Shown here: piece by piece, positions 32,614 through 44,952 of the stretch
Layout of the letters: every line of letters begins with the position of its first letter
Numbering within the stretch: position 1 is the first letter of the stretch
NCBI GenBank assembly: GCA_973895155.1
Contig: OZ316896.1
Coordinates: 7,178,780 to 7,242,779 of the forward strand
Source of the DNA: Marsupella aquatica
Taxonomy: Eukaryota > Plantae > Marchantiophyta
Reading direction: 5' to 3'
Length of the DNA: 64,000 nt
Notes under the pieces: generated by a model
The model's input: only the letters and a program-made list of their open reading frames with translations
Told to the model about the DNA's origin: nothing
Databases searched by the model: none
Program-made: the position numbers and the translations under genes

Positions 32614-34851
32614 ATGAGCAACGTCAATCAAGCTGCTCATTTTTGGGGATGCTTGTTAGAACGGGCAACTGAGTACATTGGGACCTACAAAGACAAAGAA
32701 TTGGAGAGAGCGGCTCGAGAATGGTAGGAGCTCGCTCGACTATGGGAATTGCATAAGTCTGCCTTCTTAGGAGGAGAACTCATTATGGCTGAATTCTTGT
32801 GGACGCCTACTGCCGACAAACTCGCCGATCTTCTGTTTTGTGAGAACATAATAGTTGGCATCCGGGAGGCCATCAACCGCTGCAATGACATACACTGGGA
32901 GTTGAAGGGTAGCACAAAGGGGTGGACAAAGGCAACCGTGCTAGGAGAAACATCCACGGCAGCCGCTATGAAGAGGAAAGGGAATAACAACAAAGAAGCC
33001 ACCCCTACGAAAAGAACGAGGTTGGCGGCACCCAGGAAACTAGTAGAGCAGGGAAGCAGGAGGCAGGCGGAAGCCAAAGAGGAGGAGGTCAACCCCATCA
33101 ATGCCGTTCCAACAAGAGATGACACATGGAAAGGCTGGGTGGCGACCCTCCCCGAGGAGGTGCAATTACACTTTGCACGAGAAGAGGATGCATGCTTTAC
33201 GGCTATGCAGACTCGGAAATACCAGGGCTTCATGGCTAGATCCGGCTTGGAAGCCTTCGTAAAGTTACCATGGCTGAAGCCGGAGGTGCCGGATTTGGAC
33301 TTACTAGAATTCGTGGGATCATGGGAGCCCGAGACCAATTCCACAAGGGTGTATGGGAAGGATTTCTATCTCACTCCCCGGGTGATCGCCGAAGTGTTTG
33401 GCTTGCCGATGGGCAATAAGACCAAAGTAGATACCAGGAAGACCTTGCCAGACAAGGAGTTTCGGTTGTTTCTAGGGCCATCAACAAAGAATGGCTTCTT
33501 TCGAAACACCTGCACCAACCGCACATAGGAGAAATGATCGATTTCTTGCGGGTGACCATGCATTGTAACTTGCCGAGGGCAGAGATCGGCAAGGCACAGG
33601 TCTATCTGGCGGAGAGGCCAGACCCAAGCCGAGACTACAACGGGTACCTCCTCACCCAACTAAAGAAGATCTTGAAGAAGGAACAACTGGTGATCGGCAT
33701 GGGAAGCGTGTCCCGGCTTGGTTATCATATGCCACTGTTGTGCCGGTATGCCCGAAGTCAGATATTTGCCTTGATACTGCCCTTGCAGGCAAGAGCACCA
33801 GAGGAGGTTCCGGAACCGAGGCCGGCAACAGAGAAACCGACCCAGCCCGACAGTCCTACAATCGAGCAGGTGTTTAGGCCGAGGAAGGAGGACTTGCCGA
33901 TGCAGCAACCAGGCATGCAAAATCTGCTGAAATTGCTAGCAAATGAAAGGAGAACGGCAACGGCAATGGGACCGGTACAGAATACTGCTCCCAAAGTTGG
34001 CCTTAGCCAACTTACCAGGGAAAACCCCTTTACCGAGATCAAGGAGAGAAGGAGGCCGGAACACGAGCCGGGAGTCTGAATGTATGTAGGAGCTTCAAGT
34101 CCCGAAGCCGAGGAAAAGCAGCCTGAAGCTCCTGGTCACGACAGGGAGAAGATGAGATCAACGTGGAAGCTGAAGGAACCAGGACCCGTGATCTGTGAGG
34201 CCGTGTTCATGGCAAGACCAGGACGGCAGCCGGGGGAGCCGGTAGTCCAAGCCGAGGAGGAGGCGGTAGAAGGCTACGACAATGATGACTCCGTCTACGG
34301 GTCGGACCATCATTTTCCAGCAATAAGGACCTGTGGCAGGTTCATCCCCACGCTTCCAAGAGTAGTTCGAGGGGACCCGACCCAACAGAGCAACCCCAAG
34401 TCTCCCCCACCAGATGTCGCTCCCCCGAGCTTTGACGGCATAAAATAGACGGCACAGGAGTTTCAAGAATGACTCAGGGAGGAAGAAGAGGCAGCCCCGG
34501 CTAGGGAGAAGGATTTACCAGGAGGAGGATGGCCAGAGGACATCAGGCGGCTTGCAGAAAAATGAAGTAGCCCGCCAGCCACGATAGAAGAAATTTGCAA
34601 GGCGGCTTGGGAACAAAGGCCGCGGTGGATGATGCCGATGACTTGTACTCACTCCGCCTATGCTAAAGAACGAGCCATGGAGTACAAGGAGATGTATGGG
34701 GAACTTGTGCTCGACATCTTTGGGGAGGAGTTAGAGCAGGGACCCTTTTTCCAGAGGGAAATGTTGGAGAAGCGCCGATTAGAAGAAGCGGTGGCTTTGG
34801 AGAGAAGCAAGAAGGACGAGGTCATCCATCGGGGGCAAGGGAAGCTGAGGT
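32614..34851 (+). pseudogene. Family B LTR-encoded ORF, degraded copy
   Basis: MSNVNQAAHFW... pieces match 13052-15235, with stops and a frameshift. Confidence 0.88.
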
Positions 34852-35833
34852 TTACCTAAAGCTTGGATGACCAGAAGAGTGGTGCCTATCTTCAAGGCAG
34901 GCAACAAGGACGATGTGCACAACTACAAAACCATCATGGTAGGCAATACTTTTGCTAAAGTTTTGGGAGGACTACTTGAAGCCAGATTAAGCTCTTGGTT
35001 GGAGAGTGAGATGAAAAGGGCACCTTCACAAGCAGGTTTTAGGAGAGAATTCAGCACTATGGATCACATTCTCTGCTTGAGGGTGTTGTGTGAAAAGGCC
35101 AAATCTCCACATAAACCATTATTTTGCTTGTTTGTGGACTTCTCCAAGGCCTTTGACAAAGTTTCCCGATCCAAGCTTTGGGATAGGATGGTGGAGTTGG
35201 AAGTGCCTGAAGAGCTCAGGTTGGCTGTTTCTAAATTGTACCAAGAAGTGCGCATCAAACTTTCAAAGGAAACCTCTGAAGAAATCTGGAGCACTCTTGG
35301 GGTGATCCAAGGTTGTCCTCTCTCACCAACTCTCTTTGGCATCTTCATTGATCAGCTACACAACATTTTGGAGGAGCATGGTGGAGTGGGCACTCAATTG
35401 GGTAGGTTTGTCCTCCAACTTCTTATATTTGCAGATGATGTGGTCCTACTTGCTCATGCTCAAGAAGCTTTGCAAAGACATCTCAATGCCTTGGAGGAGT
35501 TTTGTCAAGCAACAGGGATGGTAGTCAACCTCAAGAAGACCAAGTGTTTGGGCATTGGCACACGACAAAATCCAGAGCTCTACTTCCAAGGGAATCTGGT
35601 GGAATTTGTGAGGACCTACAAATACCTTGGGGTGGAGTTCTCTCAAAACTTGAGTTGGGCCTCATGTGTAAAATCTAGGGCTGCCAATGGGTACAGAGCT
35701 TTTTATGCATTCATGAACAAATGCAAAAGAGCTGGTCTACACACTTGGAGGTTAAGGAAACATCTCTTTGGAGCTTTGGTGAAACCAGTCATTCTTTATG
35801 GAGCACCAATTTGGGGAGCAGGTGTGTCTAAAT
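34848..35833 (+). mobile_element. LINE fragment (RT core)
   Basis: Nearly identical to 22265-23250; AGGT microhomology at the 5' junction. Confidence 0.92.
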
Positions 35834-36491
35834 GGTAATGGTAATGTATTATAAGCTCCGGGACCATGAAAGTCAAAGGAGCTGCCACAAAAAGTAAAGT
35901 ACAATGCAATCAAAGAAAAGAGCAACCAAAAGAGATTGCTCAGAAGAGGACAACTATGTCCTCAAAGAAACTATGGACCTAGAGAGCCCTGAAAGATTTT
36001 CCAAACCTATTCTCCTTTCCCTATCCACCGCAAAGATATATCTTCCAAGTTGCTGAGGGGGCAGACCAAACAATGCATACAAATCTTTCACCAAGATCTG
36101 AGATGCCATCCTAACCCCCTCATAAAACTTGCAAGCAATGAATACATGATATTCATTCTCTATACTAGAGCTATCACATAGTTGACAAACCCTCTTTTTC
36201 CTGTCAATATCCTTCCATCTCCCTTGTTCTACTTCAAGGTGGTGTGAGCTTAGTCTATACTGAGCAATAAGTTGTCTAAGTTGTACTGAGATAGTGCTAG
36301 ATAAGTATTCTTGTTCTCGATATTTCTTCATGGGGTTCACATCTCTCATGTAGTATTGCTGCCGTGGGCTAGGTTCATGCCAAAGTTTGTGCAAAGCCTT
36401 TTGCTCAAGTTTTGCTCTTAGCTTGGTTGGGTGTGTTGGCCATTCATGTTCAGGAAAATCCCAAGCATGGGCCCACCTGCACACATCTGCA
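35833..36491 (-). mobile_element. 5'-truncated LINE 3' end with tail
   Basis: Reverse complement of ~23474-24130; its TGGTAATGGTAATG tail is joined to the plus-strand fragment. Confidence 0.92.
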
Positions 36492-38632
36492 AAACTAGGA
36501 GAACCCAAAACTAGGAGAACACCGAATCGATCTCATGTTAGGGGCCAAATCATTTCGACAACCGATTCGAAGGATGAACCCTAAGTATTCTCTGATGGTC
36601 AAGGTTGAAATCGATAAACTAGTGGAAGCCGGATTCATCACTCCAGTCCTGCATTCAGACTGGGTGTTTCCAATTGTGATAGTTCCCAAGAAAGCTGGAC
36701 CCGATGGTAAACCAAAGATCCGGGTTTGTCAGGATTAGAGGAAGTTGAATGAGGCTACGTTAAAAGACCATTTTCCCTTACCCTTTACTGATATGGTACT
36801 AGACATGGTGGCCAGTCATGAACTATACTCATTCATGGATGGATACTCTGGTTATAACCAAATCAGGATTAGGCAGGAGGATCAAATCAAGACAGCCTTC
36901 ATCACGGAATGGGGGATCTATGTCTTCAATCGTATGCCGTTTGGACTCTGTAACGCACCAGCTACGTTCCAACGATTAATGGTGAACATTTTTCATGACT
37001 ACTTGAGAAAATTCATGGAAATCTTCATTGATGACTTTGCAGTATTTGGGAAGACATCGAAACATGCTAAATACCTCAGGAAAACCTTCATGAGATGCAG
37101 AGAGGTAGGCCTCAAGTTACACCCAGATAAATGTTTCTTTGGCGTAACAGAGGGTGTGCTACTAGGTCACAAGGTATCAAAAAAGGGCATTGAAATTGAT
37201 AAGGGTAAACTAGCAGTGTGGCTAGATATCATGCAACCTAAGAACATAAAGGATGTGAGATCCTTCTTGGGTTGCATTGGTTATTATCGCCGGTTCATCA
37301 AGGATTTTGCCAAGCTAGCTTTACCATTAACCAACATGCTCAAGGCAGGTGCAGACTTTGAACCCACACCAGAACGAGTGACAGCGGTGGTGGAATTGAA
37401 GCAGATGTTAGTAGAGGCCCCAGTCATGATAGCACCAGACTGGAACAAGGATTTTTATGTCTTTGTAGATGTCTCAGGCTTCTGTATCGGCTCAGTACTA
37501 AGTCAGTTAGATGAGAAAGGAAGGGACCATCCTATATACTTTGCAAGCCGCCAGCTTGCCGATGCCGAACGAAACTACTCCACCACAGAAAAAGAAGCAT
37601 TAGGAGTCATTTATTCATGTAAAAATTTTAGGCATTATCTGCTAGGGTACAAGGTAATCTTTCATACTGATCATGAAAGTTTAAAGTACCTAGTAAATAA
37701 GCCGGACCTTACAGGCAGGGTAGCAAGATGGATTTTACTATTACAGGAGTTTGACTACGAGCTAAAAATCAAGCCGGGAAAGCTACACGCCAATGCCGAC
37801 TTCTTTTCAAGGATCACAGGTGAACCTGCCACGGATTGCGTCGACGATCGATTTCCCGACGAGGAGCTATTTGTTGTGGAAATAGCTGATACATGGTACC
37901 CTGAGATTTTACAATTTCTCAGCACTTCCAGATTACAACCCGGGCTAAGCCGAGAGCAAGTCGTAGTCTTTTTGCGGAAGGTCAGACAGTATCAGTGCAT
38001 CAAGGGCGTGCTACACAGGCATGGAATCAGCGGCACAATTCAAAGGTGTTTGGAGGAGGGAGAGGTAAAACGAGTCTTACGAGCTATGCATGGGGAGGAG
38101 GCCGGGGACATTTTGCTCTAGTAACCACTTCTAAAAAGATATTAAATGCCGGTTACTAGTGGCCCACCTTGCACAAAGATGTCTATAAGTTTATCAAACA
38201 ATGCGATCCTTGTCAACGAGCAAGAGGACCAAGGGCGTCCACAAGACATCCACTGCACCCTATTCTACCTCTGGCACCATTTGAGAAGTGGGGTATTGAT
38301 TACATCGGACCCCTGAAACCATTGACCCATCCTCGAAGAAACAAGTACATAATCTTGGCCACGGATTATGCAACTAAGTGGGTAGAGGCCAGGCCGACAA
38401 TGAAGGATGATGCAATTACTATGGCTTGATTAATGTATGAGCAGATCTTCACCAAGTATGGCGCACCCTTAGAATTAGTTAGTGATAGAGGAACCCATTT
38501 TTTGAATGATATAATTAGTCGTTTAAATGAGCAGTATTTAGTTAGACATAGGCCTACTACTCCCTACCACCCAAAGGCAAACGGATTGACAGAACGAGCC
38601 AATGGAATTATAGGAAAAATATTAAACAAAAC

Positions 38633-38662
38633 TGGTAATGGTAATGGTAATGTATTATAAGC
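38633..38662 (-). mobile_element. ~30-bp LINE tail-only insertion in integrase
   Basis: TGGTAATGGTAATGGTAATGTATTATAAGC equals the LINE 3' end and is absent from the homologous site at ~27645-27655. Confidence 0.88.
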
Positions 38663-39202
38663 CCAGAACAAACTTGATTGGGATGATAAATTGTTTGCTG
38701 CTGTTTTTGCTTACAATTTAGCCTATAAATCCACTACCGGTCATACACCTTTTTTCTTAACCTTTGGACAGGAAGCTCTGGTACCCATGCAACTTGAGAT
38801 CCCTACATTTCAAGTTACAATTAAGGAGAGAGCCTCAAAGGAGGAAAGCCTAAAGGAGCGAGAATATAGGTTAGAAGCTTTAGAGGAGGCAATAATGATT
38901 TCAGCCGAGAGAGTAGAATATAGACAGAATACCATGAAGCAGCGGTATGATAAAAGGTTGAAACTAGTTAGTATTCACACAGGAGATCTTGTATTACTTT
39001 ATGACAGTAGGTATAGTAGGTTTCCGGGGAAACTTTACACTCGCTGGTTAGGACCTTTCAGGGTATCAATGAAGTTCTCTAATGGCTCTGTGCAGTTGGC
39101 CAACATAACTGGAGAGGTGTACCCAGTTTGCATCCATTACGACCGCCTCAAGAAATACTATATGGACGAAGATGAAGTTGTTCGCGAGGACACTTCACAA
39201 TT

Positions 39203-39215
39203 AAGTGGGGGGCTA
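39203..39215 (+). promoter_or_regulatory. Polypurine tract of B3
   Basis: AAGTGGGGGGCTA directly before TGTGATGCC. Confidence 0.85.
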
Positions 39216-39592
39216 TGTGATGCCTAGCCAAGAATCACTAGGCCGGTTTACATGGTAAAAGCAGGAGTGTACCCTGGAAACACCTTAGTATAGTAACAAG
39301 ACAAGGAAAATATAAACAATTAAGGATGACTATGGAACCCGGGCCGAGGCCGGAAGTAAGGACGTTGGGGGAGAGAACACGATTAGGGTTAGGGCGCGCT
39401 AAGCGTCGGCGGCTAGGGGTGACCAACGGGAGGGAAGACCAGAGGAGGAGAGGGGTAAGGACCACTCGCGAGGAATGGTGGCTCATTTGCAAGCACGAAC
39501 TGGGCAGACGACTACGGGAGGCCAAATACTGTCAGCTGCTTAGGCAAGCACTCTGGGTGAGAACAGATACCAATGATCGAGTCAAGGAGGGT

Positions 39593-42500
39593 ATGAGCAA
39601 CGTCAATCAAGCGGCACATTTTTGGGGATGCCTATTCGAACGGGCAACTGAGTACATTGGGACTTACGAGGACGAAGAATCAGAGAGAGCAGCTCGAGAA
39701 CGGCAAGAGCTTGCTCGACTGTGGGAGCTGCAGAAGTCTCCCTTCTTAGGAGGAGAACTCATCAAGGCCGAGTTCTTGTGGACTCCTACTGCCAATCAGC
39801 TCGATGACCTTCTGTTTTGCGAAGACAGAATCGTCGGCATTCGGGAAGCCATCAACCGCTGCAACGACGCGCACTGGGAGTTGAAGGGTAGCACGGAAGG
39901 GTGGACAAAGGCAACTGTGCTAGGAGAAACATCCACAGCAGCCGAGATGAAGAGGAAAGGAAACAACAATGAAGAGGCCACCCCGGCAAAAAGAACGAGG
40001 TTGGCTGCACCAAGGAAACCAGTAGAGCAGCAAAACAGGAGGCAGGGAGAAGCCGAAGAGGAGGAGGTCGATCCCATCAATGCCATTCCAACAAATGATG
40101 ACACGTGGAAAGGCTGGGCGGCGACCCTACCAGAGGAAGTGCAATTACATTTTGCACGGGAGGAGGATGCATGCTTTACGGCCATGCAGACCAAGAAGTA
40201 CCAGGGCTTCATGGCCGGATCCGACTTGGAAACCTTTGTAAGATTACCATGGCTGAAGCCGGAGGTGCCGGACTCAGACTTATTAGAATTTGTGGGATCA
40301 TGGGAACCCGAGACCAATTCCACGAGGGTGTATGGGAAGGATTTCTATCTCACTCCCCGGGTGATTGCCGAGGTGTTTGGCTTGCCAATGGGTAATAAGA
40401 CCAAGGTTGATACCAGGAAGACCTTACCTGACAAGGAGTTCTGGTCGTTCCCAGGACCATCAACAAAGAATGGCTTCTTCCGGAACACTTGCACCAACCC
40501 GCACATCGGAGAGATGATTGATTTCTTGCGGGTGACCATGCATTGTAACTTGCCGAGGGCAGAGATCGGCAAGGCTCAGGTCTACCTGGCAGAAAGGCCA
40601 GACCCAAGCCGGGATTACAACGGGTACCTCCTCAACCAACTAAAGAAGATCTTGAAGGAGGAACAGCAGGTGATCGGCGTGGGAAGCGTGTCCCAGCTTG
40701 GCTATCACATGCCGCTGTTGTGCCGGTATGCCAGAAGTCAAATCTTTGCCCCAGTACTTCCCCTATCGGCAAGGGCACCGGAGGAAGTTTCGGAGCAGAG
40801 GCCGGCAACAGAAGAGCCCAACCATCCTGTCAGTCCTACGATCGAGCAGGTGTTTCGGCCAAGGAAAGAAGACTTGCCGATGCAGCAATCAGGCATGCAA
40901 AATCTGCTGAAAATAATGGAGAAGGAGAGAACGGCACCAGCAACGGCAACAACACCGGTACAGGACACTGCCCCAGAGGCCGGCCTAAGCCAACTCAGGA
41001 GGGAAAACCCCTTTACCAGAGCCAAGGAGAGAAGTAGGCCGGAACACAAGTCGGGAGTGCGAATGTATGTGGGAGCCTCAAGCCCCAAATCGGAGGCAGA
41101 GCAGCCTAAGGCTCCTTCTCACAGAGAGCAGAGGGAGAGGATAGCCTGGAACCGAGAGAAGGAACAAGGGCCCGTGATCTGTGAGGCCGTTTTCACGGCA
41201 GGACCAGGGGAACAGAGGGGGAAGTCGGGAGTCCAAGCAGTGGAGGAGGCGATGGAGGACTACAACAATGATAACTCCGGCTATGGGTTGGATCATCATG
41301 TTCCAGGAGTAAGGACCTGTGGCCGATTTATCCCCACGCTTCCAAGAGTAGTTTGAGGGGACCCCACCCAGCAGAGTAGCCCCGAGTCTCCCCCACCAGA
41401 GGTTGCTCCCCCGAGCTTTGACGGCATAAAGCAGACGGCACAAGAATTTCAGGAGCAACTTAGGGAGGAAGAGAAAGCAGCCCTGGCTAGGGAGAAAGAT
41501 TTACCAGGAGGAGATTGGCCGGAGGACATCAGGCGGCTTGCCAAAAAAAGAAGCAACCCTCTTGCCACCGTAGAAGAAATCCGCAAGGCGGCTTGGGAAT
41601 AGAGGCCGAGGTGGTTGTTGCCGATGACTTCTACTTACTCCACCTATGCTAAAGATAGAGCCATGGAGTACGGGGAGATGTGTGGGGACCTGGCACTCAG
41701 CATCTTTGGGGAGGAGTTGGAGCAGGGACCTTTCTTCCAGAGGGAGAGGTTGGAGAAGCACCGATTAGAAGAAGCGGTGGCTTTGGAGAGAAGCAAGAAG
41801 GACGAGGTCATCCGACGGCTTAGGGAGAAGGAAGCCGAGGTGGAAGTCCTGCAGGCAGCCAAGAAAGCCCAAGATGAGCTGCGGATTAAGCGGCATGAGC
41901 TAAACATCATGCAGGGGTAGTTGGATACCGCTCAGTCTGACAATCATATCAAAGATAAACTGACTCGGACCCAAGGAGAGTTGGCCTGCGCAGTCAAGGA
42001 AAGAGAGAAATGGAAGCGGGAGCTAAGGGACGCAGAGGAGGCCCACTTAACCGCCAACAACCATGCCATGGCGGAGACTCAGAGAAGGGAGAGGGCGTTG
42101 AAAGGAGAGCTCGAAGATATCCACGGAGCCCTTGAGCAGAAGGAAGCAGAGTTAGGGAAATCCTATCAAGGGATTATTGCGCTGCAGCAGGAGCTTGCGT
42201 CCCTGACGGCCAGCTTCAAGGCCGACCTGCGTGAAAAGGACGACCAGCTCGACCAGACTTATGCCAAGATGAATAAGATGGAGTCTGTGGTCGTAGCAGA
42301 GCTGGACAAGGAGCTAAGAGCAACCCAGGAGGAGAGGGCTACCTTAAAGAAAGAATTGGAGGAAGCCAAAAAGGAGCTGGAGGAGGCGCGCAAGGACCTG
42401 GACAAGACCCAGGAGGAGTTGGAGGAAATTACGAGGAAGATGGAGAACCTACAGCGGCGGGCCGACAACCAAACAGAGCGGCTGAAGAAACAAGCCGCAA

Positions 42501-43015
42501 TATTTAAATGCTTGGCTTCATCAGGTCCAACTCCAATTGGGGCAACCCAGTTACGAGGGGTAGTATTGGCCAAAGGACAAGCCGAGACACTCACCCCGGT
42601 GCCGGAGGTAAGTGGCAAGGGGAAGGAACTGGCTGTCGAAATAGGGAAGAAGAAGAAGCGGAAACCTTCTAGGTCTGGGAGTTATACGGCTTCTCAAGCC
42701 ATTATGACCGAGAAGATAAACCCGGCACCAACCTCCGGCATCGGCACGGCGGTGGATCCACCAGTCCTAGTAAGTGGGGATGGCAAGGCCGAGGCCGGGA
42801 CAACCAGTAATGAAGCCGAGGTACCAGATCCTCCACTAGAACATGCCGGGGAGGCCGTGGCCGATGCTCAGGCCGAAGCCGAGGGTGGACCCAGTCAGGC
42901 CAATGAAGAGTTGACTCGGTCCGGGGCAGGTAATCTGTCAGAGGATGGACCAACGACAGTGGTTGCGGAGGAAGCGTTGGGAGTGTCCATTGAGGACCAG
43001 CCACCGGGGTCGTGA
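39593..43015 (+). pseudogene. Family B LTR-encoded ORF with three in-frame premature stops and no frameshift
   Basis: ORFs 39326-41356, 41615-41920 and 41921-43015 share one frame. The stops correspond to CGA or CAG codons in B1. Confidence 0.9.
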
Positions 43016-43501
43016 CGGTGTAAGGGAGCCGTCCCTTTTAGGGAGGGCGGACGTGGAGGTAGGAGGCGTGAGTGGGCAGGGCGGACGCTAATCTCCAAGT
43101 TTAGACTAAGGATCAGGACCAGGAGACGGCCCTGACACTTAGATTAGTGGGATTGCGGATCCATGAGTGAGGGCAACACTTGTGCTCCTGCCTTGCTGTA
43201 CATAGGTAGATTACAGTTAGGTAGATTATAGTAAGTAGATTAGGCTTACGCTGCAAGGAATCAGGCGGATCCACAACCAGGTTAAGTACCTGGGCTACGG
43301 GGAGTTCAGGGCCTCTTCTTTAAACAAGTTTTTAGTTGCACCAGCAGGGCTGGGATCAAGTAGTAAGAGAAGCTCTCGGTTAGTTATACAGTGACCCTTG
43401 TGTATATTCATGTTTCCTCATGCCTAAGAATTGAATAGAGTTGGCCTCACTGCTTAGTTCGCAAAGCTTGTGTATGGGATGTACTGTTTGTATGGCAAGT
43501 G

Positions 43502-44523
43502 GTAATGGTAATGGTAATGGTAATGTATTATAAGCTTCGGGACCATGAAAGTCAAAGGAGCTGCCACAAAAAGTAAAGTACAATGCAATCAAAGAAAAGA
43601 GCAACCAAAAGAGATTGCTCAGAAGAGGACAACTATGTCCTCAAAGAAACTATGGACCTAGAGAGCAATGAAAGATTTTCCAAACCTATTCTCCTTTCCC
43701 TATCCACCGCAAAGATATATCTTCCAAGTTGCTGAGGGGGCAGACCAAACAATGCATACAAATCTTTCACCAAGATTTGAGATGCCATCCTAACCCCCTC
43801 ATAAAACTTGCAAGCAATGAATACATGATATTCATTCTCGATACTAGAGCTATCACATAGTTGACAAACCCTCTTTTTCCTGTCAATATCCTTCCATCTC
43901 CCTTGTTCTACTTCAAGGTGGTGTGAGCTTAGTCTATATTGCAATAAGTTGTCTAAGTTGTACTGAGATAGTGCTAGATAAGTATTCTTGTTATCGATAT
44001 TTCTTCATGGGGTTCACATCTCTCATGTAGTATTGTTGCCGTGGGCTAGGTTCATGCCAAATTTTGTGCAAAGCCTTTTGCTCAAGTTTTTCTCTTAGCT
44101 TGGTTGAGTGTGTTGGCCATTCATGTTCAGGAAAATCCCAAGCATGGGCCCACCTGCACACATCTGCATACCACCCTTTAGCTGAAGATGAGCGCAAGGC
44201 ATGAAAAGGAAATCTGTTTTCCTCCAACTCTCTTACACGCATGATGTATTTGAGTGTGTGGAAGAGTGCCTCCACCTCCAAAGGAAACAAGCCTGCCTCT
44301 GCAAGTGTAAGTGTATATGGGGTTTGTGACTTGATCCCAAACTCCATCTCAAGAAATAGCTTTTGCAGCCCCTCAATCTGTTGCCACCCAGATTTAGACA
44401 CACCTGCTCCCCAAATTGGTGCTCCATAAAGAATGACTGGTTTCACCAAAGCTCCAAAGAGATGTTTCCTTAACCTCCAAGTGTGTAGACCAGCTCTTTT
44501 GCATTTGTTCATGAATGCATAAA
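43502..44523 (-). mobile_element. 5'-truncated LINE inserted in the B3 LTR
   Basis: (GTAATG)4 tail; TSD AAGTG at 43497-43501 and 44524-44528; the empty site is at ~16875-16885. Confidence 0.93.
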
Positions 44524-44952
44524 AAGTGCATGGTATAACTCAGTCAGAAGGAGTCATTTTGCTATTTGTGTGTCGCATTAACTTGTGTGAAGAGTGCCCA
44601 CATCAATGAAGGGAAGTAGCAAGGGAGTGAGAGTTGGATGTGTCGAGCTGAGAGAGGTCTTACCGGCTTAACCAAGCCAATTGGGGATCATTCCGGCGGC
44701 AGAATCCAAATATACCTAAAGAAAGCGAGGGGAAGACAAGGGAAGGCCTAGATTGGGCCGGCTACGTATCTCATGGCCTGATGAAGGATCTGTCTAATAT
44801 ATATGTGTAAAATGTTAATAGTAGTAGTAGAGGAGATTAGCAGCGTCCCATGCCGGTAAGCCACGGAAACGGCCTCGCCGAGGACAAAACCTGCGGGAAT
44901 TGGCTTGTGTCGGGGGGTTTCTTGGGTTTGGGGAGCCATGGGACGCACCACA

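Larger units (their letters stand above)
28206..34851 (+). repeat. Family B LTR (B2), interrupted by C1 and truncated at a LINE junction
   Basis: Homologous to 12679-15235; it resumes at 32522 after the C1 TSD. Confidence 0.88.
36492..39227 (+). pseudogene. pol: Family B pol (RT-RNase H-integrase), copy B3, degraded
   Basis: MPFGLCNAP, FIDD, CDPC, WGIDY, SDRGTHF, WLGPF. The stop codon at 39227 falls just inside the LTR. Confidence 0.93.
39216..44952 (+). repeat. Complete family B 3' LTR (B3), with a LINE inserted
   Basis: TGTGATGCC...GACGCACCACA, collinear with 12679-17320; PPT before it, no PBS after it. Confidence 0.92.

Noticed and set aside
34848-36491. Canonical twin-priming 5' inversion
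   Set aside because: Twin priming leaves the tail at the outer flank; here the tail is internal and there is no TSD.
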